Shown here: positions 39,047 through 52,100 of the stretch, in pieces | Layout of the letters: every line of letters begins with the position of its first letter | Position numbering within the stretch: the first letter of the stretch is position 1 | Assembly (NCBI GenBank): GCA_051313645.2 | Contig: JBNRSN020000008.1 | Span: 163,928,001 to 163,992,000, forward strand | Direction of reading: 5' to 3' | Length of the DNA stretch: 64,000 nucleotides | Source: Centroscyllium fabricii | Lineage: Eukaryota | The notes under the pieces: model-generated | The model's database searches: none | The model's input: the letters and a program-made list of their open reading frames with translations, nothing else | What the model was told of the DNA's origin: nothing | Program-made: the position numbers and the translations under genes

Positions 39047-40940
39047 GATTGGCCAGATCGTTCTGTAAGGGTTCGGGTAGGGCCCAAATGCAGAACACCG
39101 GAAGTCCGTCCAGTAGAAATAAAATACTTTTATTTCTAAGTACCAAAATATATATATATACAGAGACCTTAGTCAATAATCCCGAGTGCAGATAAATAGT
39201 AGTTCACAAGTCCAAACCCGAGTTCAGGTGGAAAATAGAGACAAGGCCAAAAACCAAGTGTCGAGGTACTCCCAGTAAATCCACATTCATGAAGAGATGA
39301 ATCCTTAGTTCAGAGTTCAGCAAATAATCCAAAACGAAACAGGAACAGACACAAATCCAAATCGACAGAACAGGTATAATCCAAAACGACTGGAACAGGT
39401 ATCAAATACAATATCAACTGGAACAGGTAAAGCTAAACAGAACACTGAAACAATTGACATGAATTAACGATCTGGCAAAGACCAAGAGCCAGCAGAAAGT
39501 TTATATCCAGCTCTAGCTCAATTGTATGATTGGCGCTGGCCAATCCGGTGTGAGACATGACAACAGGTAAAATAAGCCAATAAACAGAAAAGAAGCATCT
39601 AGAAATTTAAAGAGACAGTCCACCCATGACACAAACTGACATATATACAGTGGATCTTTGTTATATGCTGTAGGTTACAGGACAAAAATGTCAGCTATAA
39701 TCAGATTTCCTATTAAGAGGCAAAGTGTATATTATGACAGAGGAATAAGTACCTGGAGATAATCTGCATATATCAGAGATCTGCACACAATAGATGCACA
39801 GGTTTAACTGAAAGGGGAAACTGGGCAGTAACATTACATTGACGCAGCTATTTGACCTTTACTCACCATAATTAAAGTAAATCAAATTACTAAACATTGC
39901 CAAACAGAAATGCAATCACGTTGAGCTTATAAATATTCATTGATATGAACAGTCAGACAATCACTTCCATCATTCCTAACACAAATTAAACTCCTGTTTA
40001 CAAAATGATCAGCTCTGGAAAATGTTTACTTCTACAATATGCACCAGTGCCCAGCACCTTATGGTTTCTGCTTTGCATCACAGAAGAATAGACATGAATT
40101 CTCAAGATGCCCAAATATTTGATATGCACACCAGTCATATGTAGAGATTCATACATACCTGCAGTAACCGTGCACCCAAGTGTGGTGCAAAACTGACACA
40201 CAAAATTAAGATACTTCAAAAAAATTACTTAAAGTAGTGCTGAGGTATTGTATAATCGAAAGCATCACAAGGCAACCAATACCACTTGTGCTGGTTTATT
40301 TTTCATAAATATTTATCTAGCAAATTATTGCTGAGAGAAGCTTTTGGAAATACCAACAAATCATTAAACCTACCAAGTTAGCTGCACAACACTGAAACCT
40401 GGATCAAAAGACATTCTAGCCTAAACTTAAGACACTTGTTTCCTGAACCTAGCAAATCAGTCATTTGTAACTTACCACAATCAATCTTATTCCATATTTC
40501 ATGTCATCAGTTTATGTTTTCCTAGTCCTCACTGCACTCCAGTTCAACTTAAAGCACATAGATCCCCCAAAGAATTATTTCTGACACTTCTGGTAGTTAC
40601 TTCATTTCTTTAAGACCATATTGATCTGGGACATGCAACTACTAAAAGGTCTCCATCCTTCTAACAAGTAGTAGGTTCTGAATTAAGTACGAGCCTATCT
40701 TCAGTCATTCTAGTTTGTTCAAATTGTACTCAGTACCTTCAGGGGAAATGAGTAGCATTGGTAATGTGGAAATATGTCATGTTGGTATGATTAATTAAAC
40801 ATTTCTGGCTTAGGCACAAGGGAAACAAAAAAGGGTAAATCGGGTGTGTATTGTACCAGAAAAGTAAATAACCTGCTGGGGATGTTGGTTGTAGGAGATT
40901 GGAAACATGGAACTCAGTATACTTGCACTTCTTGAAGGGA

Positions 40941-41011
40941 TAAATGCAAGAAGTCACACAACACCAGATTATAGTCCAACGGTTTTATTTTAAATCACAA
41001 GCTTTCAGAGC
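40941..41011 (-). mobile_element. Penelope-like end fragment
   Basis: Same family as 27729-27850; truncated within hammerhead stem II. Confidence 0.7.
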
Positions 41012-42542
41012 GTTCTGCCAACTCTTGCAATGTATTGTAATACAAGCACTATCATCAGCATATTCTTTTTTTAACAATCCTGCAAAATTGAATTAGTTTA
41101 AAATAACTCACCAAATTAAACCTAAGGCTTGGAAACAGAGTCGTGGAAGGTGGCCTCAGCCAAAATGTGTATTGTGGCGAGAACTTTTATATTCCATCAT
41201 TGTCACTTAAAATGTCTTTACATTTACTTAAAAATCAACATAAAATCACATTGGGTAGAGAAGAAACTGAACTGCAGACTTAAAGTAGTCAAAGTATTTA
41301 AAAACAGACCATTTAAGTGCTGTATGATACTATTAGGCATAACCCCTTCACAAGCAGAGACCCATGCGTTAGTTTGAATAGGATGTGCTGTAGGATGTAA
41401 ATGCAAGGTTGAATGCTGTTTACCTAAATACACGCTAACCTGGGATTTCCTCGAGGCTGATGCAGTGGCTTCCGCCCAACATGTGTGCCACTAATCCCAC
41501 TGTGTTTTCCGGGGTCAGTTCATTTGCATGAGCATGGTTGGACCCCTGTTGGGAGATCCACCCAAGATTGGGCACGGGCACTATGAAAGTAGATGTCATA
41601 GTAATGCAGCAAGACTTAAAGTCCCGCTGGGACTGCGATCATCTGTGGAGCTTTCTGAGAGTTTGTGGCTGCATTTGGAGGAAGAGTAACAAGACAGAAT
41701 GAAAAGAAGAAGGCAATGTTCAGACTGTGCTGCATAAGAGTTCGATGAGGAACCTGGAGAGGAGGAAAAAAGCAGGAGGGAAATGCAAGGTTTTAAGGAA
41801 TGGCTTCAAGGGTACAAATGGGAAGCCACTCAAACAACTTCACTGTTGGGCAGCTACAGGTGATCCTTCAGGAAGTCAGAAAGAGGAGGGAAACCCTTTT
41901 TGTGGACAGGTAAAGAAGTTCCTTGAGAGTGGTAGTGGCAGCATGTTGGAGAAGGTGTCACAGACTTTAAATGTCTCATCCAAGACCCCGTAGTCAACTG
42001 TTTCAGTGCAACAAACCTGAAGAGAACGGGTTATGTAAGAGTGGGCGCTTGAAACTCAACATAAACATTTGTGCTGCCAGGCATGTAGGCTCCCCACTAC
42101 TTAGCCACTGGACACTTCAGAACTTTTTGAAATGCCTTCAGTACTTTCCCAATTTCTCCAGCACCTTACCCACAGCCCAGCACATGCCATTTCTCCCTCA
42201 GACCTGTCTGTCTGCTCCCACTTGAAAGTGGCCATGTTACTTATTACATAAATCCTTACTCACTCACTTGAATGATCAACATATCCAGCACTAAGTAGGA
42301 TGAAGCACCATTATGTTTGTCACATATCCTACATTACGCTTGCAGGAAAAAAGATGTTCCACTACCTGAGGGAAAATAAGGCAACTGGAAGTGGGCAAGT
42401 GAACCTACAGTGTCTTTAGAGGAGGCCATAGAAATCCTGGGAGGCCTCATGGCTGAAGGCGCAGGTGATGCTGAAGTGGGAGGCCAGGTGCCAGTTCAAA
42501 GTTTGTCAAATTACTCCCAGACTCTCCACCTGGAGCTGCTTA

Positions 42543-42967
42543 TAGAAACATAGAAACATAGAAACATAGAAACATAGAAACTAGGAGCAGGAGTAGGCCA
42601 TTCGGCCCTTCGAGCCTGCTCCGCCATTCAATGAGATCATGGCTGATCATCCAAACCCAGCACCCCGCCCCTGCCCTCTCCCCATATCCCTCGATCCCTA
42701 TCGAGCCTGCACCGACACATATCCCACCCTATCCCCGTAACCCCACATAGTCAATCCCCCTAACACTAAGGGTCAATTTATCATGGGCAATCAACCTAAC
42801 CCGCACATCTTTGGACTGTGGGAGGAAACCGGAGCACCCGGAGGAAACCCACGCAGACACGGGGAGAATGTGCAAACTCCACACAGATAATACCCGAGGC
42901 TGGATTTGAACCCGGGTCTCTAGTGCTGTAAGGCAACAGTGCTAACCACTGTGCCACCGTGCCACCC
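42543..42967 (-). mobile_element. Full-length V-SINE (HE1-like) with CR1 tail
   Basis: tRNA head with A and B boxes, V-domain, (tttctatg)n tail. Confidence 0.9.
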
Positions 42968-43690
42968 TTATATAGAATTCAAAAGCAAATTTCGCAGCAC
43001 AATCAAGCTGAGGCCTATTGTGCAAGTCAATAGATAAGCCTGCATGCAACATTGTCATTTTACCTTCCTCTTCTAGCCCTGTGCCAGTTGGTGTTGCAAA
43101 ACGCAGTGGAGAGAAAGAAGAAGAGGATGTGGAGGAAGTTTACCAGCTTCCAATGCCATCATGCATTTTCTCCTGGCCAAGAACAGTACGGGACATGCAC
43201 TCAGGGGCCACTAGATAGTTTCCAGCAAGGAATAGCATTGGGTGATACGCTGAGTTTTCAGGAGGAGGGAGACAAGGAAGAAAATGATATTGCAGTTCCT
43301 GGCCAGAGGGTAAAGCGACGGAAGCCCTCAGGAACAGTTGGACCTAGATCTTGCAGGTGTGACCTTCAAGAGCCAGATACTCACAGAGCATCAAACCCAT
43401 ATGGAGTCATCAAGGCTGGTTTCCCACCATGTTCCGCACTTGTCAGCTCAGTTGGAGGAGTTCTCGGCTGACATGGGTCCAACCATGATGGATTGAGTCA
43501 GAGTACTGGATGCATTCCTTGATCAACTGGCTACTGCCAGTATGCCTTCAGAGGACATCACAATTCAAGAGGCTCAAGGGTCAGGGGCAGCATGCTGTGT
43601 GGCAAGCCTTAATTCTGTCATGTAGACCTTGGGTGACGAGTCTTCTCCACAGGCCTATTGGAAGTTGGTAACAGGATGAAGAGAGCCATT

Positions 43691-44090
43691 AGGGGAGGTG
43701 GTGGCATAGTGGTTATGTCACTAGACTGGTAAGCCAGAGGCTCAGTCAAATGCTCTGAGGATATCGGTTCAAATCCCACGATGGCAGCTGGTGGAATTTA
43801 AATTCAATTCAATTTAATTCTGGAATTAAATGTTAGTCTTAGTAATGGCGACCATGATACCATTGTCGATTGTTGCAAAAACCGATCTGGTTCACTAATG
43901 TCCTTTGGGGAATGAAATCTGCTGTCCTTACCTGGTCTGGCCTACATGTGACTCCAGACCCACAGCAATGTGGTTGACTCTTAATGCCCTCTGAAATGGC
44001 CCAGCAAGCCACTCAGTTGTAAACAACCGCTACGAAAAACAATTCAAGAAGGTGGCTCACCACCATCTTCTCAAGGGCAATTAGGGATGT
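43691..44090 (+). mobile_element. tRNA-derived SINE with LINE-derived tail
   Basis: A box tggcatagtgg, B box ggttcaaatcc; tail ttcaagaaggtggctcaccaccatcttctcaagggcaattag matches the LINE at 30370-30415. Confidence 0.8.
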
Positions 44091-45241
44091 TTAAAAAAAA
44101 TTAGCCATGGCTTCACTGAACTTTCATGGACCATTGTGACTAGAGTCTCTCAGTCCATTGGCCTTATAGAAGCAATGCCATGAGCCAGGGGGTTGATTGG
44201 TTGATCATAATGTCACTCAGGACAGTATAGCAAGCAACACATCTGATGAGTCATTCATAGGGGACATACTCGTGGCCATGTCAAGCTGCCCAGATCGAAG
44301 GTGTGCAGTTAAAGATACCATACTGGTAGATTGTAGAACATAGGCAACATGAGAGGAAGGCCACTTCAGGACCAAGAGGTACATGATATTGCTGGGCAAC
44401 TAACCACATCACCATCTTCAAGCACTCGGAGAACTTAATGGGGAACCAACAAGGTTAGGAGCATTTAGAGGAATGGACAGAGGCATGAACGGGATGCATC
44501 ATGTTGGTGAACAGTGATTGGTAATGTAGCAAGTGGTAGTTTGCTACATTGTATGAAAATTTCCCACCCAGAGTCATGTGTCTGGTTTTGTGGCCAGCTG
44601 CTGCAGAATGTGTGTTCTTATTTCCAGTATCCCCATTGCCAGCCTGGAATAAACCTGAGGCAATAAAAAATGATGGCTAATGTTTCCTTTACTGCCACAG
44701 GGAAGGTAGTTGGAGTCAGGAAGTGAGGCTGAGGTTCATGCGCAACATATCACAATGTTCCTGGATTGCTTCCTTGTATAACGCAAAGCTTCTTGACACA
44801 TAGAAACACAGAAACATAGAAGATAGGAGCAGGAGTAGGCTATTCAGCCCCTCGAGCCTGCTCTGCCATTTAATGAGATCATGGCTGATCATCCAAATTC
44901 AGTACCCTGTTCCTCCTTTCTCCCCATATCCCTTGATCCCTTTAGCCTTAAGAAATATATCTAACTCCTTCTTAAATATATTTAATGAATTGGCCTTAAC
45001 TGCATTTTGTGGTTGAGAATTCCACAGGTTCACCACTCTCTGGCTGAAGAAATTCCTCCTCATCTCTGTCCTAAATGGCTTACCACTTATCTTTAGACTG
45101 TGACCCCTGGTTCTGGACTCCCCCACCATCGGGAACATCCTTCCTGCAACTAGTCTGTCCAGTCCTGTTAGAATTTTATAAGTTTCAATGTGATCCTCTC
45201 TCATTCTTTTAAACTCCAGCGAATATGAGCCCAATCGACCC

Positions 45242-48200
45242 TGTGATGAAACCTGTTTGTATTGATCCTGTGCTGTTTAGTTTCACTTTCTATTCCCGAC
45301 TAACCTGGGAGGTTCCGGGAATTGGTTTTGTGCTACGCCCACTCTGTCCTGTATATAAGGACTAACCCGAGTACCTGACTCCATTCTTTGTGAGACGTTC
45401 TACCGGTTGTAATACTACTGTAATTCCAAGTTATTAAAAACCTTTCCTTTTAAACCTATGAATCGAGTCGTATAGTAATTGAAGGCACTTCAATTTTAAT
45501 AACTTGATGTATTAGGATGGACCATCGGCTACTCAAACCCGACAGCCTGGATTTGGCCCCGATGGCCGCTGACGCTTCTAAGCAATTCGGCCACTGGCTC
45601 AGGTGCATCGAGCTGTACGCGAAGGCCTCTGCTGCCACCGCAGCACAGAAGCTGAACCTGCTGACCACTCAGGTGAGCCACCAGGTCTACTCGCTCATCC
45701 AGGACGCCACCGACTACGCTGCAGCCATCGCCATACTGAAGGCCCAATATCAGAGGCCGGTGAACGAGGTCTATGCCAGGTACCGACTGGCTACTCGCAG
45801 ACAACGGCCCGAGGAATCCGCCGACGACTACTTCCAGGTACTGAGAAACCTGTCCAGAGACTGCAATTTCGAAAGTGTAGAGGCGACTGTGTATGCGGAC
45901 GAGATGATCAGAGACTCTTTTATTGCCGGGCTAAGATCAAATTACATTCAGCAAAGGCTGCTGGAGCAGGAGGTATTGGACTTAAACAAAACGGTGGCCA
46001 CGACGCGATCGCTGGACGTGGCCCAGAAGAACTCAGACTCGTACTCCTGCGGCCATGCAGCCCTCGGGGCCTCGTGCGTGATGAACGAGCCGTCATGTTG
46101 GAATTGGCCATCTTCGTCGCCCCCCTGCTCCACGCCACCAGAGTCCCATTACAGGAATCAATCTCGGAGCCCCACCGCCGCTGCGATGTCTCGGGGTGCT
46201 AAATGCTACTTCTGCGGACAGCTCAAGCATCCCCGGCAGCGATGCCCCACGAAGAGCGCCATTTGTTTCAAGTGCCAGAAGAAAGGGCGCTATGGGAAGG
46301 TCTGCAGAGGGAACCCTTCCCCGGACTCGGTCGCAGCCTCGTGCGGCCCCTGCGAGTGGCCATCTTGGTGCCAGCCATCTTGCCCGGACCAGGGCCCTAC
46401 TGTGGCCTCGACCGCCCAAATCACCGTGGACCAATCGAGACCTCACCCACTGACGAAATCAATGATGGACATCAGGGTAAATGGCAAGGTAACAAAATGT
46501 CTAATCGACTGCGGGAGTACAGAGAGCTTTGTACACCCAAGCCTGGTACGGCGACACCCGCTGATGGTAACCCCCACCCAGAGCAAAATCGCGATGGCGG
46601 CCAAGTCCCACACTTCGGTCATTACAGGCTACTGCGTGGTCACGCTCACAGTTAAGCGGACGGACTATGAGAGCTTTAAACTCCTGGTAATGCCAGCGCT
46701 CTGTGTGGACGTAATCCTAGGCCTGGATTTCCAATGCCATCACTAGAGCGTTACGCTAACGTATGGCGGGTCCCAGCCACCGCTCACGGTCTGCAGCCTC
46801 TCAACCTTAAAAATCAGCCCGCCCTCCCTATTCGCGAACCTTACCCCAAACTGCAGGCCGATTGTGACCAAAAGCAGGCGGTACAGCCAAGAGCATAGAC
46901 AGTTTATTAAGGCCAAGGTCCCGTTTGGGGTGACTAATGGGGTCTCCGTCTTCCAGCGGGAGATGGACCGCATGGTGGATGAGCACCAACTGCAAGCCAC
47001 CTACCCCTACCTTGACAATGTCACCATCTGCGGGCACGACCAACAAGATCATGACAGAAACCTGGCGCGTTTTTTAAAAACGGCGCAGGCGCTTAATTTA
47101 ACTTATAACAAAGACAAGTGTGTCTTTAACACAAATCGCCTCAACATCCTCGGCTGCATGGTAGAGCATGGTTTGATCGAGCCCGACCCGGACTGCCTGC
47201 ACCCGCTTTGGGAACTACCCCTACCGCACACCCCCAAAGCCCTGAAAAGGTGCCTGGGGTTCTTTTCATATTACGCGCAATGGGTACCAAAGTATGCCGA
47301 CAAGGCCCGACCCCTCATACGATCTACGTCCTTCCCACTGTCGGCGGAGGCCCGGGAAGCTTTCACGAACATCAAAAATGATATCGAGTGGGCGGCCATG
47401 TGCACGGTAGAAGAGAACCTCCTTTTTCAGGTCGAGAGCGACGCATCAGATTTCGCTCTAGCGGCGACACTGAATCAGGCGGGACAGCCTGTTGCTTTCT
47501 TCTCACGGATCCTCTAAGGGCCCAAAATCAGGCACTCCTCTGTTGAGAAGGAGGCACAGGCCATTGTGGAGGCGGTAAGGCACTGGAGGCACTACCTGGC
47601 CGGCAAACGGTTCACCCTCCTCACCGACCAATGGTCAGTGGCCTTCATGTTTAATAACAAACAATGGGGGAAAATAAAAAATGATAAAATACTCAGGTGG
47701 AGGCTCGAGCTGTCCACCTATAACTACGATATTATGTACCGCCCGGGGTCCCTCAACGAGCCCCCAGACGCGCTATCACGGGGGACGTGCGCCAGTGCCC
47801 ACGTTAGCAGGCTCCGCGGGCTCCACGATGACCTCTGCCACACCGGGGTCACCCGAATGTACCGCTTTATCAAATCACGCAACCTGCCCCACTCCATCGA
47901 GGAGGTGAGGGAAGTAACCAAAAGCTGCCACATCTGTGCATAGTGCAAGCCCCATTTTTACAGGCCCACCTCATTAAAGCCACTCGGCCTTTCGAGCGTC
48001 TGAGCCTGGACTTCAAGGGTCCCCTCCCCTCCACTGACCGAAACGTGTACTTCCTCAACATAATTGATGAGTACTCGCGTTTCCCTTTCGTCATACCCTG
48101 CCCGGACATGACCAGTGCCACCATCATCAGCAGCCTCAACCACCTCTTCTGTATGTTTGGCATGCCGAACTACATCCACAGCGATAGAGGGGCGTCGTTC

Positions 48201-49150
48201 ATGAGCGACAAGCTGCGCCAGTTCCTACTCGCTAGGTGGATTGCCACTAGTAGAACCATTAGCTACAACCTTAGGGGTAACTGGCAGGTACAATGGGAAA
48301 ATGCCACGGTATGGAAGGCCGCCACTCTAGCCCTAAGGTCGAAAGGCCTGCTGACCTCCCACTGGCAGGAAGTCCTCCCTGACGTGCTGCAGTCGATTAG
48401 GTCGTTACTGTGCATGGCCACTAATGCCACCCCGCATGACCGGATGTTCACTTTTCCCAGAAAATCTACCTCGGGGGTATCTCTCCCCACCTGGCTGATG
48501 TCCCCAGGGGCAGTCCTGCTGCGGAGACACATAAGGGGCCACAAGACGGACCCCCCTGTGGAAAGGGTACAGCTCCTTTACACGAACCCGCAGTACGCCT
48601 ATATTGAGTACCCTGATGGATGAGAAGACACCGTCTCTATAAAGGACCTCGCGCCCTCGGGGGGCGACGAGGAAGGCGAGCCTCCTGAAGAAACCAGCCT
48701 CCCTGGGCCCTCAAGCACTCGTGACGACCAGGAAGACAACCCCACGCCAGACGTTACCATTGAGGCCCAAGCAGAACTCGAGGAGCCTCCTCAACCAGCC
48801 CCTCGCCGATCGCTAAGGACCATCACACCCCCAGATAGACTCTCATACACCAACTTTTGAATCACCCCCTCCATGGACTAAATCTGGAGAAGGGGTGCAT
48901 GTGATGAAACCTGTTTGTATTGATCCTGTGATGTTTAGTTTCACTTTCTATTCCCAACTAACCTGGGAGGTTCCGGGAATTGGTTCTGGGCTACGCCCAC
49001 TCTATCCTGTATATAAGGACTAACCCAAGTACCTGACTCCATTCTTTGTGAGACGTTCTCCCGGTTGTAATACTACTGTAATTCCAAGTTATTAAAAGCC
49101 TTTCCTTTTAAACCTACGAATCAAGTCGTATAGTAATTGAAGGCACTTCA
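45242..49150 (+). mobile_element. Ty3/Gypsy LTR retrotransposon with short LTRs, decayed, internal RT deletion
   Basis: LTRs 45242-45492 and 48900-49150 (251 bp, ~10 differences by eye); TSD GACCC (45237-45241, 49151-49155); purine tract before the 3' LTR. Confidence 0.96.
45517..48860 (+). pseudogene. gag-pol of the Gypsy element (gag and pol in one frame, now broken)
   Basis: Two zinc knuckles (CYFCGQLKHPRQRC, CFKCQKKGRYGKVC), IDCGS protease, YLDN RT, ESDASD RNase H, LDFKGP/SDRG integrase. Stops at 46744, 47515, 47941, 48621; N-terminal half of RT missing at ~46915. Confidence 0.9.
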
Positions 49151-52100
49151 GACCCAATCTCTCCTCATATGTCATTCCTGCCATCCCAGGTATCAGTCTG
49201 GTGAATCTTCGCTGCATTCCCTTCATGGCAAGAACATCCTTCCTCAGATAAGGCGACCAAAACTGCACACAATACTCAAGATGTGGTCTCACCAAGGCCC
49301 TGTACAACTGCAGCAAGACATCCTTGCTCCTGTACTCAAATCCTCTCGCCATGAAGGTCAACATAGTATTTGCCTTCTTAACCACCTGCTGCAGCTGCAT
49401 GCTTACCTTCAGCGACTGGTGTACAAGGACACCCAGGTCTCTTTGCAATTCCTCTTCTCCCAAGCTATTGCCATTCAAATAATAATCTGCATTCCTGTTT
49501 TTGCCACCAAAGTGGATAACCTCGCATTTATCCACATTATACTGCATCTGCCATGCATCTGCACAATCACCCAACCTGTCCAAATCATACTCGAGTTTCT
49601 CGGCATCCTCCTCACAGCACACGTGCCCACCCAGCTTTGTATCATCTGCAAACTTGGAGATATTACATCTAGTTCCCTCGTCTAGATCATTTATATATAT
49701 TGTGAATAGCTGGGGTCCCAGCACTCGATCCCTGCAGTACCCCACTAGTCACTGCCTGCCACTCGGAAAAAATACCCGTTTATTCCAACTCTTTGCTTCC
49801 TGTCTGCCAACCAGTTCTCTATCCAAGTCAATACCTTACCCCCAATCCATGTGCTTTGACTTTACATGCTAATCTCTTATGCGGGGCTTTATTGAAAGCC
49901 TTCTGAAAGTCCAAATACACCATATCCATTGGTTCTCCCTTATCTATTCTACCAGTTACATCCTCAAAAAATTACAGTAAATTAGTCAAGCACAATTTAC
50001 CTTTTGTAAATCCATGTTGACTTTGTCTGATCCTGTCACTGTTTTCCAAGTGCTTTGCCATTACAATTTTTATAATGGACTCTAGCATTTTCCTGACTAC
50101 CGATGTCAGGCTTACCAGTCTATAATTCCCTGTTTTCTCTCTACCACCTTTTTTAAATAGTGGGGTTACATTAGCTAACCTCCAACACATGGGAACTGTG
50201 TAGGAGTCTATAGAATTTTGGAAGATGACCAGCAATACATCTACTATTTCTTGTACCACTTCCTTAAGTACCCTAGGATATAGATTATCAGGCCCTGGGG
50301 ATTTATCGGCTTTCAATTCCATCAATTTCCCTAACACCATTTCCCAACAAATACTGATTTTATTCAGTTCTTGCATCTCATTAGACCCTATGTTTCCCGA
50401 TTTTTCTGGGAGGTTATTTGTGTCCTCCTTTGTGATGACATAACAAAAGTATGTATTTAATGGGTCTGCCATTTCTTTATTCCCCATTATAAATTTCCCT
50501 GATTCTGACTGCAAGGGACCTCTGCTTGACTTCACCAATCTTTTTCTCTTCACATATCTATAGAAGCTTTTACAGTCAGTTTTTATGTTCCCTGAAAGCT
50601 TACTCTCATACTCTATTTTCCCCCTCTTAATTAATCATTTTGTCCTAAACTGCTCCCAATCTGCAGGTTTGCTGCTTTTTCTGGCCAATTTATATGTCCT
50701 CTCCTTGGATCTTATGCTGAACCTAATTTCTCTTGTTAGCCATGGTTGTGCCACGGTTTTTGTTTTATTTTTATGCCAGACAGGGATGAACAAATTCTAT
50801 AGTTCATCCATGTGATCTTTAAATGATTGTCATTGCCTATCCACCATCAATTCTTTAAGTAATGTTCCCCAGTCCATCCTAGCCAACTCGCACCTCATAC
50901 CATCATAGTTTCCTTTATTTAAATTCAGGACCCTAGTCTCTGAGTCAACTACTTTACTCTCCATCTTAACGAAGAATTCCATCATATTATGATCACTCCT
51001 CCCCAAGGGGCCTCGCACAACAAGATTGCTAATCAATCCTTTCTCATTACATAATACCCAGTCTAACAAGGCCTGATCTGTTGTGGTTGCTCAACATATT
51101 GGTCCAGGAAACCATCCCGTATACACTCCAGGAATTCCTCCTCCACAGTATTGTTACTAATTTGGTTAGCCCAATTTATATGTAGATTAAAGTCACCCAT
51201 AATAACTGCAGTGCCCTTATTGTACGTGTATCTAATTTCCTGTTTAATGTCATCCCCAACCTCAGCATTACTGTTTGGGGGTCTACATACAACTCCCACT
51301 AACATTTTCTGCCCCTTGGTATTTCTCATCTCTACCCATACAGATTCTGCATCATCAGAGCTATATCCTTCCTTACTATTGTGTTAATCTCCTCTTTAAC
51401 CAGCAATGTTACCCCACCTACTCTTCCTTTTTGCCTGTCCTTCCTAAATATTGAATACCCCTGGATGTTGGATTCCCAGCCTTGGTCACCCTGGAGCCAT
51501 GTCTCCATAATCCCAATTATATCATATCTGTTTACATCTATTTGTGCAGCTAATTTATCCACCTTATTACGAATGCTCCTCTCATTAAAACACAAAGCCA
51601 TCAGGCTTGCTTTTTTAACACACTTCATCCTTTTAGAATTATTAATTATTGTGGCCCTGTTTGATTTACACACTTGATTTCTCTGCCTTCCCCTTTTGCT
51701 TTTCTCCTTCCTGTCTTTTGCTTCTATCCTTGCTTCCCTTTCCTCTGTCTCCCTGCACAGGTTCCCAACCCCCTGCCATTTTAGTTTAAACCCTCCCCAA
51801 CAGCACTAGCAAACACTCCTCCTTGGACATTGGTCCCAGTCCTGCCCAGGTGCAAACCCTCCAGTTTGTACTGGTCCCACCTCCCCCAGAACCAGTTCCA
51901 ATATCCAAGGAATTTGAATCCCTCCTCCTTGCTCCATTCCTTTAGCCACATATTAATCTGAAATATCCTTTGTTTCCTACTCTGACACACACGTGGCACT
52001 GGTAGCAATCCTGAGATTACTACCTTTGAGGTCCTATTTTTTAATTTACCTCCTAACTCCCTATATCCAGCTTTTAGTACCTCATCCTATTTTTTAGTTA

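Larger units (their letters stand above)
33306..39631 (-). mobile_element. Full-length Ty3/Gypsy chromovirus, Tf1/sushi group
   Basis: LTRs 39064-39631 (5') and 33306-33901 (3'), TG...CA; TSD CAAAC (33301-33305, 39632-39636); G-rich PPT at 33902-33916; gag-PR-RT-RH-IN-chromodomain order. Confidence 0.97.
41440..44770. mobile_element. Highly decayed Harbinger-like remnant (Myb/SANT-type gene relics on +), interrupted by SINEs
   Basis: Around 42345-42400 an ttgcAG acceptor precedes KKMFHYLRENKATGSG, resembling the KxxHNxRExxxTGGG motif of Harbinger Myb/SANT proteins. Boundaries uncertain. Confidence 0.35.
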
